This document shows, piece by piece, positions 37,290 to 49,560 of a stretch of DNA of 64,000 nt. Position 1 is the stretch's first letter. Each line of letters opens with the position of its first letter. Made by a program: the position numbers and the translations under genes. The stretch is from Escherichia phage FH3: sequence record OR886155.1; one strand, written 5' to 3'. Under the pieces are notes generated by a model. That model made no database searches. It was not told the DNA's origin and saw only the letters and a list, made by a program, of their open reading frames with translations.

Positions 37290-40200
37290 ATGGCTAACAT
37301 TAAACCGTGGGAAGAAGCTTCCAAAGCTCCTGCGTATCTGAATGCCTCTCCGGAGCAACAAGCTCAAATGAGAGAACAATATAAGGCAGCAGGTGGCTCT
37401 ATTCCTGAGGAACAACCAGTAGCACAACCACAACAAGAAGAACGTGGTGCTATAGGTGAGTTTGCTCAAGGTGTGTCAAATGCTCTTCAATCTGGTGGTG
37501 CAAATATTGCAGCTAGTGCTGCTAAAGGTATTGGTGGTTTAGTTGAGATTGGTGAGAATCTAGCTGGAACACAAACTAGTTATGGTAAGCGTATCCAAGA
37601 GAACTCTCAGAACCTTCTGAAAGAACGTATGGATAAGATTGAGGATGGGATTGGTAAAACTGTTGGTCAGTATGCTGGCGTTGCTGGTGATATTGGTATG
37701 ACTGTTGCTAATCCATTGGCTGCTGCTGCTATCATCGCAGGTCGTGAGACAGGTCGTGCGTATGCAGACCAAACACCTGAAGAGGGAGAAGATAAATCTA
37801 TTCTAGATGCGGCCTTAGTTGGTGGTGCTAACTATGCGGCTCAGAGAATTCTTCCGGGCGCTGTTGGTACAGCTGAGTCCACACTTGGACGTATCGGTCA
37901 GAACGTTGCTAGTAACGCAGTGGCTGGTGCTAAAGGTGGCGCTCTTGTAGGTGCTGCTGAAGCTCAGAACAAGCATGGAGATGATACAACCTTTGCTAAT
38001 GTATTAGAGGGTGCTATCGAAGAAGGTGCTATGGGTGCTGCATTTGGTGGTGCAGTTGGTGGGGTTCATGGTTTGATTAGCCGTCCAGACTCTGCTGTCT
38101 TCAAGAATACTCCAGAGTATGCGAAGACTGATATTGCTGCTGATGACGAACTAATTCGCAGTGCTAAGAATATTGATGAATTGAAAGAAGCCTACTCTAA
38201 AGCTGAAACTGCTAACGCTGCTTCTGCTCTGAATCTTCTGGATGAGAATGGATTCCGTATTACAGATGCTGTTGCTGTAGATTCTCCTGCTGCTCAGCGT
38301 ATCCTCAATACTGACCAAGCTCGCGCTGAGAAAGCTGCTTCCGTTCAGAAAGAACATTCCAACATTCCGGGCCTTAACCCTTTAGCTTCTCCTGCTAAAA
38401 CTCGTGGTAAAGCATTCGCTGATAACGAGCACAACCAGAAGCAGGCTGTTGCTATGAAGGATGCAATGGCTGATTATACCAAAGACAACACGAAAGCTCT
38501 TACAGATGTTCTAGATAATCTAGACCGTGAATTAACATCTCTCCGAGCTTCTGGTGATTTTACTGGTAGTCCGATTGATATTAAGAATCGTACACAAGCT
38601 GACCGTGATTTCATTGATGCTTACAAGACTTTCTACAATGAAGCAAATCGATTCAAAGCTCGTGATGGTGAAGACTTTAATAACTTTGTAGAGAAAGCTG
38701 CTGAACTACAGAAGATGGCTGATAATGTTTCTCCAGAGATGAAGAAAGCTATCGGTGGGTTGAAGAAACTGAAAGGTATGCCTGAAGGTTTTAATCCTAT
38801 CCAAGATGCTTACACTCTGAACAATACAGCTAAGTTCATGAGCAATCAAGACCGTGGTTGGACTTCCCTGACTGATGATGGATTCCGTGAGGCTTCTTCA
38901 CCTAGTCTGGTAATGAATACTCTCGGTGCTGCTAAGTATGCTCTGAATCGCTTCTCTTCTCAGCGTGCTCGCTCTCAACGTGTTAAGCAACAAGAATCTA
39001 ACAGTGAAGCTATCCGCTCTCTTGCTCGTGGTGATTTGGAAGTTGCTCGTGCTAAATCTACTGCTGATGAAGCTCGTGCTAAGCTGGAAGAAGAACCAGT
39101 TGTTGATGACATTAAATTTAAGACGCAAAATGACGTGGAAACCGAACCGGTTCGGGAGTCTTCTTCTAGTACTGTGACAGAAGAAAATCCTCCTTCTTCT
39201 GCTCCTCAAGAAACTCCTCTTACAGCTCGTGATTTAGTTGCTCAAAGACGTGCTATCCGTCAGGCTGAACAGCGTCGTGCTGAAGAAGAGGCGTTAGCTG
39301 CTCAAGAAGCTCCGGTCGAACAAGCTCCACAGGCTGAACCTCTCCCTGCTCGCAACCCTTTAGAGGAGCGTCGTGCAATGGAACAGCAACGTGCTCAAGA
39401 AGAGGCCGCACAAGCTCCAGAACCAACCGTAGAGGAACCAACAGTCAAAGCTGAGCCATTACCTGCCCGTGCTCCTAAAGCTCCTAAGGAGGCTGTACAG
39501 GATGTTAAACCGGCAAGTGGTGTAGAACGTTTAGCTGCTATGTCTAGTGCTGCCCGTCAGGCTACTAAAGATCGTGCAGAACGTTTTGCTCGTTCTCTGT
39601 ACTCTAAGGCTGCTAAGGCTAAAGCTACCGCTGAAAACTTCTTGGCTTATAAAGGTGATCCTAAGGAATTGATGCGTCGTATTCGTCAGGAAGACAATGC
39701 TATCAACACTGAACGTCATGAAGAAATGGCTCGTAACCAGCTGGCTTCACAGCAAGGTATTGCTACTGCTAAGAACAACACTGTACGAACTAATTTTGCT
39801 GAATGGGTTAAGGAACGTGGTCTGCCAGAAGACATTGCTACTAAGGCATTACGTGCTGAAGAGAAAGGTTTAGGTGGGAACGTTACTAACTTGGATAGTC
39901 TGAAACGTCGTGCTGAAAGGTTGTATCAGAAGCAGCGTGAAGATGAGTTTGATAGATTGTATCAACAAGCTCTAGAAGAGAACAAAGCTTTCGATAATAA
40001 GAATGCTCCTAAACTGGTTGACCAGAAGAAAGAGCTTCAGTCTGAGATTGATGCTTTGATTGATTCAGAACCTTTACGTCCTGCTCAGAAAGATGCTATG
40101 CGCAAGTTGATGAATGACTTTGTAGATGGAAAGTTTAAATCTTCAGAGAAAGCTGGTAGGGAAGAGGCTTTGGAAGTTGGTCAGATGAAGGATATTTGGG

Positions 40201-41711
40201 ATGGGTTTATTAACACCTATAACAGAGAAGTGAATGCCTTCAACAAAGCCAACAAGAACTCTCAATACGAAGCTGCTGCTAAGCATTTACAGGCTCGTGA
40301 AGAACGTCTTGCTACCCTCAGGAAAAAGGCTCAGGCTCGTTCGGATGCTAAAGCTGCTGTTGAGAATGAACGTAAAACCCTAGAGGCTATTGCAGCTCAG
40401 AAGAGTGAGATTGAGAAGATGATGGAAGGTTTACCTAAACCTGTTCGTGAGGCTCAGGAATCTCGTACATTGAAACAGTTGGCTGCTCACCACGATAAGA
40501 ACTCTCCGGTTCCTCCAGAGAAGTTCCGTAGTTATATTGAACGTATTCACAACGCCGAGTCAGATTACCTTGATCGTCAGCGTCGTTTAACTGATGCAGA
40601 GGAAGATGCTCGTCAGGCTAAGTGGAATAAGATGTATGAGCAAGCGGAAGAGATGAACCGTAAGTTTGATGTGGACAAGAGAGTTAAGCGCAGTGAAGAG
40701 CTTAAAGCGGCCCAAGAGCGAGAGAATGACCTTATGGCAGTACAACGTCAACGTGATGACATTCATCGCCGTCTGATGCGTACTATGGAAGATAAGGGCA
40801 TATCTAGAGAGGATGCTGAAGCGTTTGCTGGTTCCTACATGGATAACCGTTATGCACTTCTCGAGAAGCCTATGACTCCAACTGAACATCAGAATGCTCG
40901 CTCTCGTATTGAGGCTGATGTTGAGAAGTTCGCTAAGAAGTACGAATCAATGACTCCTATCGAGAAAGAGATTGTTAAGGTTACTGGGGATACTGAAGGT
41001 AAGCTTGATAACTTGGATGCTGATACTAGGAAGGCTATTGAGGAGGCTCAGAAGGTTGACTCTGATATTAAGAAACTGCAAGAGGAAGAGTTGGAGATGG
41101 AGAAGATTCGTTCTGCTCTGCCTGACGATGAAAGATCTCAAGCAAATTCTGATATCTTGGAAAGCATTAAACAACAGGAAGAGGTCTTTGCTGATAAAGT
41201 AGAGAAAGCTTTCTTGAGTGGTAAAAGCTTGGATGAGTTGGCTAGTGTGGCTGAAGTTTTAGACAGGGTTCATGGTGCAGATAAGGCTGGTAACAACCGT
41301 CGCTTTGTACGTGCATTGCAGACTGCTGCTGAAAACAAGAAGAAGTATGGTGATAATCCAGTAGCTTGGTTTAGTGCTGATGATTATTCTGCTATTGCTA
41401 AACTTGGTGCTTCTTCCGCAGGTGGTAACAAATCCAGAGCACTGGAGAAGATCTTTGGTTCTACAGCTGAACAGGCTAAGAGTAAGTTGCTTGGTAGGGA
41501 TGATGTAGCGAAGATGAGACGTGTAATTGAAGAGAACCCTGATATTAAGATTCCTTCTTACAAGACAACGAACCGTACTGAGTACTTGAAGTTCTTGGAG
41601 AAGTTTAATGACGAAGGGAAGCCGAAGATTAAACGTGGCTCATTGTCAGAGAAGCTTGAACGCAGTAAGCGTCAATCGAGACTCCGTGTAAGAGTTCGAC
41701 CTAAGGAGTGA
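37290..41711 (+). CDS. very large coiled-coil virion protein (ejection protein or tape-measure-like)
   Basis: About 1470 aa from MANIKPWEEA (AAGGAG RBS); Gly/Ala-rich N-terminus then long charged helical region; listed start 37245 probably too early. Confidence 0.45.
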   Translation: MANIKPWEEASKAPAYLNASPEQQAQMREQYKAAGGSIPEEQPVAQPQQEERGAIGEFAQGVSNALQSGGANIAASAAKGIGGLVEIGENLAGTQTSYGKRIQENSQNLLKERMDKIEDGIGKTVGQYAGVAGDIGMTVANPLAAAAIIAGRETGRAYADQTPEEGEDKSILDAALVGGANYAAQRILPGAVGTAESTLGRIGQNVASNAVAGAKGGALVGAAEAQNKHGDDTTFANVLEGAIEEGAMGAAFGGAVGGVHGLISRPDSAVFKNTPEYAKTDIAADDELIRSAKNIDELKEAYSKAETANAASALNLLDENGFRITDAVAVDSPAAQRILNTDQARAEKAASVQKEHSNIPGLNPLASPAKTRGKAFADNEHNQKQAVAMKDAMADYTKDNTKALTDVLDNLDRELTSLRASGDFTGSPIDIKNRTQADRDFIDAYKTFYNEANRFKARDGEDFNNFVEKAAELQKMADNVSPEMKKAIGGLKKLKGMPEGFNPIQDAYTLNNTAKFMSNQDRGWTSLTDDGFREASSPSLVMNTLGAAKYALNRFSSQRARSQRVKQQESNSEAIRSLARGDLEVARAKSTADEARAKLEEEPVVDDIKFKTQNDVETEPVRESSSSTVTEENPPSSAPQETPLTARDLVAQRRAIRQAEQRRAEEEALAAQEAPVEQAPQAEPLPARNPLEERRAMEQQRAQEEAAQAPEPTVEEPTVKAEPLPARAPKAPKEAVQDVKPASGVERLAAMSSAARQATKDRAERFARSLYSKAAKAKATAENFLAYKGDPKELMRRIRQEDNAINTERHEEMARNQLASQQGIATAKNNTVRTNFAEWVKERGLPEDIATKALRAEEKGLGGNVTNLDSLKRRAERLYQKQREDEFDRLYQQALEENKAFDNKNAPKLVDQKKELQSEIDALIDSEPLRPAQKDAMRKLMNDFVDGKFKSSEKAGREEALEVGQMKDIWDGFINTYNREVNAFNKANKNSQYEAAAKHLQAREERLATLRKKAQARSDAKAAVENERKTLEAIAAQKSEIEKMMEGLPKPVREAQESRTLKQLAAHHDKNSPVPPEKFRSYIERIHNAESDYLDRQRRLTDAEEDARQAKWNKMYEQAEEMNRKFDVDKRVKRSEELKAAQERENDLMAVQRQRDDIHRRLMRTMEDKGISREDAEAFAGSYMDNRYALLEKPMTPTEHQNARSRIEADVEKFAKKYESMTPIEKEIVKVTGDTEGKLDNLDADTRKAIEEAQKVDSDIKKLQEEELEMEKIRSALPDDERSQANSDILESIKQQEEVFADKVEKAFLSGKSLDELASVAEVLDRVHGADKAGNNRRFVRALQTAAENKKKYGDNPVAWFSADDYSAIAKLGASSAGGNKSRALEKIFGSTAEQAKSKLLGRDDVAKMRRVIEENPDIKIPSYKTTNRTEYLKFLEKFNDEGKPKIKRGSLSEKLERSKRQSRLRVRVRPKE

Positions 41712-41719
41712 TAAAAGAA

Positions 41720-41760
41720 AAGCCCTCAAGGAGAAATCCAAGAGGGCTTTATTTGTTTCT
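41720..41760 (+). terminator. candidate terminator ending the plus-strand structural operon
   Basis: AAGCCCTC ... GAGGGCTT stem followed by TTATTTGTTT. Confidence 0.4.
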
Positions 41761-42074
41761 AAGTTTTAAAAACCATCAAATTCGTCATACATCCCAATTC
41801 TCTTCAGAAGTCTGGATGTTCATCTTCAAAGCATCCTGAGATGCCTCCGTAGAACCAATCTGATTTACTACCAAGAATAACAACTTCTTCATTCATATAA
41901 CCCCCTAGATTGTGTTTATAAAATTAATAAGCTTCTCTTCACTTTCATCAAAAGCTTTTCCAGCTGCTTCCATCTCCCAAGTGTCGGCGTTGTTGATAAA
42001 ACTCTGAGCTTCTAATAGGTCGTGGATTAAGTCGAAGAGTTTATTTTTATCTGCTTGTGTGATCATGTCAGTTC

Positions 42075-42302
42075 CTAGATTAAATCGTAATACTGAATAA
42101 TATCAGAGAGTTTGAACTCTCGAATCTCATCTTTCTCTACATCTATTGCTGTCATAATCCAACAAGGTTTGCCACCGTTATGAAAACGGGAGCTAGCAAC
42201 GGAGGTTCGGAGTGGAATAACGGACCGGTCAGCAACCTCGCCTCTCCAATTGCGATAGCGAAAGCGAAGCACTTGTTGCGTAGATTTTTGATCATCACTC
42301 AT
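42075..42302 (-). CDS. hypothetical protein
   Basis: C-terminal 75 codons of ORF 42075-42437 from internal Met MSDDQK... Confidence 0.3.
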   Translation of the reverse strand: MSDDQKSTQQVLRFRYRNWRGEVADRSVIPLRTSVASSRFHNGGKPCWIMTAIDVEKDEIREFKLSDIIQYYDLI

Positions 42303-42696
42303 TTCCTTTTTTGAATTGTTTTCTTGCATCATTCTCTTCTTTTGTTTTAATCTTATGACAAGGGTCTTTACATAGAACCTGAAAACCTTCTTTCTCACAC
42401 AGAGCACGAGAGATGATTTCATCCCAAGTTGCTTCATGATCTAAGGGAACTATAGGCTCTATGTGGTCAATAGCCATATCCTTTACAGGGTGGTCAGAAC
42501 CACACATGGCACATTTAAAGTGCATTGCCAGTCTTCCTGTCTTCGGATTAATCTTCTGCTCTGTCTTGGCGTCTGCTAGTGCATCGAACATGGGCTTCCA
42601 CTTTCTAGTCAGAGAACGAATCCCTGACTTGATGAAAGAGTTGTAACGAGCTTCAGTCCACATTCCACTACAGCGAGTCTTCTCAGACTTCGCCAT
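42295..42696 (-). CDS. HNH endonuclease
   Basis: CAMCGSDHPV...IDHIEPI...CKDPCH. Confidence 0.7.
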   Translation of the reverse strand: MAKSEKTRCSGMWTEARYNSFIKSGIRSLTRKWKPMFDALADAKTEQKINPKTGRLAMHFKCAMCGSDHPVKDMAIDHIEPIVPLDHEATWDEIISRALCEKEGFQVLCKDPCHKIKTKEENDARKQFKKGNE

Positions 42697-42875
42697 AATC
42701 AGCTTCTTCCCAAACTCGTTTGTTTACACGATGACTCACTTTGCCCTCACGAGGAATACGACCAGTTCGCTGATCAAACAGTTGATGTTTAATCTTTTGA
42801 TCTTTACGAGATTCACGATTGGATGAGTTTTCATCATATGAACGATAATCAAATTTACCCATTATAATATCCTTA

Positions 42876-43718
42876 TTACCAAGATTTATCTAACCATGTC
42901 CAGTCGAACAGGTCTTCCGGAGCCTGACCAACAAAGAGCAGCCGAGCATTCTCAAGCATCTTCTCTTCATCTTCAGTATCGAACTTCTTATAGTATTCCA
43001 TTCGTACTATATGATACATGGTCCACTTATCTGTAACACCAGCCAACAATTTAGCTGCTGCCTTCTTCCCTATTCCTTGACGTCGAAGCTGAAGCTTACC
43101 GCCCCACATAACTTCTTTACGTTCCCCACATCCGGGGATATTATCCGTACCATCTCCAATCAACATTTGATAGAAGAAGTTTTGCCATGAGACTAAATCG
43201 GATACATAGTGAGGAGGAACTTCTTTCTGTCTTTCTCCACAAGCCCAGCGATAATGCCATCCGGGAGTTATCAACAAATCCTTGTCTCTAGTACAGATGA
43301 TAGTATTCTTATCCCTACGTTGTCTTTCAGCTAGTGCATCATCAGCTTCTCTCCCAAAGACCTCAATGTATTCGTACTTGGCTTTAATGTAATCACCAAC
43401 GTTTTGCCAGTGAAAAGGTCTTTCTCCGGGAGGTCTGTTTGCCTTGTAGTCTTGCTGCTTAGCAACATCAAAACGGAAGTTACCGCCTTCGCTGAAGTAG
43501 AACACAACCTTACTGCAACCTGAGCGAGCAATGATTGTATCTATCTTGTACTGAAGTCGTTCAATCATGAAATTGTAATCAACTGGAACACGTCCTGTGT
43601 CAAGAAAGGGATGCTCCTGAGTAAGAGCACCCACTTCATATCGAAGAACGTCAGCATCCACTATAGCAACTTCAGGGAGCTTAACTTCTTCCATAAATAT
43701 CATCCTGAGCTTGAGCAA
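42876..43718 (-). CDS. 5'-3' exonuclease / flap endonuclease (FEN family)
   Basis: PIN-like N-terminus with acidic residues and H3TH-type GDGTDNIPG motif; true start may be an internal Met near 43694-43703. Confidence 0.75.
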   Translation of the reverse strand: MLKLRMIFMEEVKLPEVAIVDADVLRYEVGALTQEHPFLDTGRVPVDYNFMIERLQYKIDTIIARSGCSKVVFYFSEGGNFRFDVAKQQDYKANRPPGERPFHWQNVGDYIKAKYEYIEVFGREADDALAERQRRDKNTIICTRDKDLLITPGWHYRWACGERQKEVPPHYVSDLVSWQNFFYQMLIGDGTDNIPGCGERKEVMWGGKLQLRRQGIGKKAAAKLLAGVTDKWTMYHIVRMEYYKKFDTEDEEKMLENARLLFVGQAPEDLFDWTWLDKSW

Positions 43719-44570
43719 TAATCCAATCTAGATCTGAGACTGCTGATTCGATGGTTGAGTCATTAAACAGTAGATATGTTTTTCTCTGTTCGCCTTCAAT
43801 ATATGAACGAGAGTCTCCATCAAAAGAGCAACCATCTCTAAGAACTTGGACAACTTGGACATGGAAATTCTTTTCTAGTTCTCGTACCTCTGCATCAAAA
43901 CCTCCGTCAGTAAACACGACAATATCATCCTGACCTAGCCCTTCTTGTTTGATACTTTTTACAGCAAGATTCCCCATATGATTGTTGCCAAACATAGGTT
44001 TTAAGAAGTCTTCACTTGTAGAAATCATCAAATCTCTTACAGACTTCCCTCCCCATTCTGGTCTATGTTTTTCTTTCCATTCACGATCTTCATAGCGTGC
44101 TAGAAAATTTTCTAGAGGTATTCCTAGTGCAGCAGCAGCTACTCTGTACATTGGCTCCTTGAAGGATTTGGTTGAATATCCGTGGTGGTATGAATGGGCA
44201 TTGACCCAAGCATTGGCTATCGTATCTTTACCACAACCCGGAGGCCCATTAAGAATTACTACTAAAGGCTTATAGTGGGAATCTCCCACCATATTGGTCA
44301 GTGCTGGATTGCCTTGAGATTCCATTTCTAATTGCTCCGTGTGGTCATGTGAGTAATCTACTGGAGAAGTTTTGTTACCAGTAACTTTAGGTAAAATCGC
44401 TCTAGTTGTTTCTACGTATCTACCGCCATCAACATTGATTTGAAACTCTACAAGTTCATTCTGTAATTCATACCCTGATAAGTTGGATAGCTCCTCCAAC
44501 TCATCTCTGACGAAATTTAAATGTTTGATTTTAATTGCAAGAGCTTTCTTTAAAGCTTTTACCTCTTCAT

Positions 44571-44580
<10 letters not shown>
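43681..44580 (-). CDS. P-loop nucleotide kinase (dNMP kinase-like) with N-terminal extension
   Basis: NGPPGCGKDT P-loop and IVVFTDGG Walker-B-like segment. Confidence 0.55.
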
Positions 44581-46066
<1,486 letters not shown>

Positions 46067-46067
<1 letters not shown>

Positions 46068-46327
46068 TATTTTATTCCACGTTCTTTCAGAGCTTCTAAC
46101 AATCCATTGTGATTGGCAGCACATTCTGTGTACTGGTCCTGATACCACTCCAATGTAGTGGCTAGTGCTTTTCCTTGAGCACTCTCTAAAAGAGGTAGGT
46201 CAACCCTACATTCAGCTTTTAGGTTTGTTGGTAAGGGCATTGATTGCCTGCTGTTGTCGCTCATTGAACAAGCTGACATACTCATCACTAGCGCAGACAT
46301 TATAAAAAACTGGTTTAGTTTTCTCAT
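46067..46327 (-). CDS. candidate o-spanin (lipoprotein), overlapped-frame
   Basis: MRKLNQFFIMSALVMSMSAC signal plus lipobox-like Cys; starts inside 46212-46562 in another frame and extends past its end. Confidence 0.35.
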
Positions 46328-46562
46328 AATGCATCTCTTTATAAACGGTTTCCGTGTTCTTCTTCCAGTTAGATAAACCGGTAAGAACTCTCTGAGCAAC
46401 TTCATCAGCTGCTCTATTTCTTTCAATCTCTAACTCTTGTTGATGTTTCTCTTTATCCAGATTACTACTGTCTGTTTGGTACTCGTTAAACTTCATACCA
46501 CCAAAGAACACAAGAGCTGAGAAAACGATAAACCCTAAGTTATCACTTAATGTGTTTTGCAT
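46212..46562 (-). CDS. candidate i-spanin (N-terminal TM plus coiled coil)
   Basis: LGFIVFSALVFFGG TM segment then charged helical region; contains the o-spanin candidate start. Confidence 0.35.
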   Translation of the reverse strand: MQNTLSDNLGFIVFSALVFFGGMKFNEYQTDSSNLDKEKHQQELEIERNRAADEVAQRVLTGLSNWKKNTETVYKEMHYEKTKPVFYNVCASDEYVSLFNERQQQAINALTNKPKS

Positions 46563-46572
46563 GTTGTCTCCA

Positions 46573-46598
46573 ACGAAAAAAGCCACCCGGAGGTGGCT
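46573..46598 (-). terminator. rho-independent terminator (minus strand)
   Basis: Minus-strand AGCCACC-TCCG-GGTGGCT followed by UUUUUU. Confidence 0.45.
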
Positions 46599-46620
46599 AA
46601 GCTATAACAAGGAGAGTTAT

Positions 46621-47034
46621 TTATATGAATTTCTGCATACCTTTGATACGAGGGTTATCATCACCAACTCTCGATTTACAGTAAGCGATAAAAGATTCAG
46701 TATTGAGGTTATCTTTTTGGGAACCCCACTGAAGGTTGTCTGCTCTATTGTTGCTCGGATTATCATCCAGATGCATAACAACAGCGTTAGGAAAAGGTTT
46801 ATCACCGTGAAAAGTCTCACACACTAAGATATGAATCCTTTTCTTAAACTTTCTTTTCTTGTTTACAAACACCATTCTTCCATCTTTCTCTCTATATCCG
46901 CTATATGGTTTTCCTACGAAAAGCCTAACTCCACCATTATTCATTATGGCTGTGAAAGGCTTAATCTTAACTCTACCAAAAGATGATACGGAAAGGAAAT
47001 CATAATAGGGATGATCTTTCCAGACTTCTTCCAC
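46621..47034 (-). CDS. HNH homing endonuclease
   Basis: HLDDNPSNNRADNLQWGSQKDN motif. Confidence 0.8.
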   Translation of the reverse strand: MEEVWKDHPYYDFLSVSSFGRVKIKPFTAIMNNGGVRLFVGKPYSGYREKDGRMVFVNKKRKFKKRIHILVCETFHGDKPFPNAVVMHLDDNPSNNRADNLQWGSQKDNLNTESFIAYCKSRVGDDNPRIKGMQKFI

Positions 47035-47043
47035 TATTTATCC

Positions 47044-47790
47044 TCAAAATGGGCTATCGTTGTCGTCTTCATAAGTAGAAGCAGGCTCTTTATCAATCGT
47101 AGGGATTGAAGGAGTAGCTTCTTTCTGCTCTGTTTCAGAAGCACGAGTAATTTCACGACCAGCCAGAGGCATGTTCTTAGCGTCATTAGCTTGAGTAAGC
47201 AGGTTGCGCTGGAACGGGAACATCAGTTGATAGGATGCTACGTTCTCATCGGTTTCAGCATATGGTTCGAAGAATACCAGAGGACTACGAGCTTCACCAA
47301 CTGCTGCACGATATTTGGTTGGGATTGGAGAAATGGTCTTGATGGAGTTTTTAACTTCACCAGCTTTGTTAGTGTAAGAGTTAACCAGAATGTTAACAGG
47401 CTGACCTAACAGCACATCCTTGAACCAAGACAGATCACCTTTCAGTGCTTGAATACTTGGGTCAATCATCTTGCAAAGATCAAGAATACCAGAGTTCTTA
47501 GCTCGTGGGTTTACATCATAACTCTTGAACTGGCAAGCCGGACGTGGTTCTAATGCCTTACCATCGGAATCTTTACCAGTAGCATCAACACCAATCAGCT
47601 CGAAAGCTAAATCCATACGGAAAGCCGGATTCTTAGGAGTTACTGCTTTGGTCTTCGGGTCAATCCAAGGGTCACGATTGTGAACACCCAAACCTACTAC
47701 ACGAACGATACGTGCTTCGTACTCACCATCAGGGATTACATCGTAGTTGGATTTACGGGAAGCAGTTGCGATAGTTGGAATCATAGACAT
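47044..47790 (-). CDS. putative single-stranded DNA-binding protein
   Basis: 248 aa with acidic C-terminal tail ending ...YEDDNDSPF; first gene after an AT-rich promoter region. Confidence 0.4.
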   Translation of the reverse strand: MSMIPTIATASRKSNYDVIPDGEYEARIVRVVGLGVHNRDPWIDPKTKAVTPKNPAFRMDLAFELIGVDATGKDSDGKALEPRPACQFKSYDVNPRAKNSGILDLCKMIDPSIQALKGDLSWFKDVLLGQPVNILVNSYTNKAGEVKNSIKTISPIPTKYRAAVGEARSPLVFFEPYAETDENVASYQLMFPFQRNLLTQANDAKNMPLAGREITRASETEQKEATPSIPTIDKEPASTYEDDNDSPF

Positions 47791-48338
47791 ATTTTAATTT
47801 CCTTATTTAATTTGAAAGATTGTTGCTCTCTTTGAGCGGTTATGTATATTATACATTACGCTTATACCGATAAGAGTACTATATAATATAAGTATCTTTG
47901 GTAGTAGATATAACACACTAGTAATGTATATATTGTATAGCTGATAAAGTTATTGCAGGCTTGTATATTGGGCAATTCACAGAATCCCTTGCAAGTACCG
48001 AAGGGCAGGAGCCACCTGCGAGATAAAAATAGAGAATTAAGGAATCCTTGATTTAGGTTGTAGGGACTCCTAGGGACTTTGATTCTCTATTTAAAAGAAT
48101 ATTAAATACTTATTACCTAAATAATTAACTAATTTACTTAAAACCAATTCAAAAAGAGAGTAGCTAAAAGACCTATTCCTAAGAAAGCTAAGAAGTAAAT
48201 AATATAAGTTACCATTCAAATAAACCTTTAAAGTTAGTTTGTTCTACTATCCTCTGATAGTGAAGATTAGAATCAGCTTGTTTCTTTAACATCTCATTAT
48301 ATTGATCTCTGATAGAGTCTTTATATACCACAGGTTCT

Positions 48339-48842
48339 TTAAATAATGAGATCTTGTTCTTTTCTTCTTTCATCGAAAACCTTCCTAATCTCTTGCAGAG
48401 AAACAGCTTTATAGTTAATTTGCTCCATTGATGTACAGAAATATCTACAATCATCAATTACATGGTTATGAGTATGAGCATAAATATTAAACTTCCCTCT
48501 CATCTCATCAGTGTGAATAGGAATATGAGTTACCCAAAACTCTTTATATTTATAATCACCAGAGATTCTACGGAAGACTTTCATCATATCAGGGAGAAGT
48601 TCTAATCTGTCATGATTCCCTAAGACCAGATGCTTCTCTCCTTTTACTTCAGCGATGATATCAAGGGCATATTTTTCAAACACCCAATCACCAGTAAAGA
48701 AGACTTTATCACGTTCAGTTACATGATCAAAAGCGGCTAGAATTACTTTGTCATGCTCTTCAATGTTTTTAAATTGCTTACGAAAACTACAAATGTTGCG
48801 ATGGCCTAAGTGACCATCTCCTGCAAAATAGACTTCAGCCAT
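48339..48842 (-). CDS. calcineurin-like metallophosphoesterase
   Basis: GDGHLGH ... GDWV ... GNHD ... H.H metal-ligand motifs. Confidence 0.65.
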   Translation of the reverse strand: MAEVYFAGDGHLGHRNICSFRKQFKNIEEHDKVILAAFDHVTERDKVFFTGDWVFEKYALDIIAEVKGEKHLVLGNHDRLELLPDMMKVFRRISGDYKYKEFWVTHIPIHTDEMRGKFNIYAHTHNHVIDDCRYFCTSMEQINYKAVSLQEIRKVFDERRKEQDLII

Positions 48843-49560
48843 AAAGACCTCTTAAATTGTACACCCATCACAAGTTAAGTCACCTAGCAGTGACAGGGAA
48901 AGTAATCTGGATTGCTCATCGCTATACAGTTGATCAATCTCTTCTTTAAGTTTTGCCAACTCTATGAAATTGATAAGTTGACCATGTTCGAGGCAGTCTG
49001 TTTTTAGTACGAACAAAACTTCAGCGTCGGTTGAATCTTCACTTGAATATTTATCAATGTATTCCATTTTTTACTCCTATTAATTATGACCAAGATTTAG
49101 CTTTTACTTCGACGTATGTTTTAACCTCACCTTTCAAGACTTCCTGAGAAGCAATTGCACTTTCCTCAGAGTGATGTACAACGGTGATCTCTTTCTTCCC
49201 AATTCTGTAAGTGTGAATCCAAATCATACTTCTTCCTTATATTCCCAATTTCTTTCATAATACCCAGAGTTGTAGTTTAGGGCGCACTTCTCGGCCTCTT
49301 CTATGTCATCAGTGTTTAGAATATTTACCCACCCTCCAGCTTCATCAAAACCTTCTTCTTCCTCGTTAATCCATACACTATACTTTTTCATCGAGAAGTT
49401 CTTCCCCAATCTTTTACATAGCATCGACCGTTAACCCACTTCGTCTCTGACTTAAACTCTTGAGACAATCTCACTTCACAGTCTTCTCTACTGGCATCTC
49501 CTCCGATATCAATCAGATATAGGAATAGAGCTATACCTAAAGCCCAAAGAATTATCTTCT

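Noticed and set aside
37245-41711. Tape measure protein call for the 1,488-aa ORF
   Set aside because: Not confidently called: no hydrophobic segments or typical tape-measure repeats were seen, and neighbours (SLT, Q/N-rich proteins) fit an ejection-protein set equally well; left generic.
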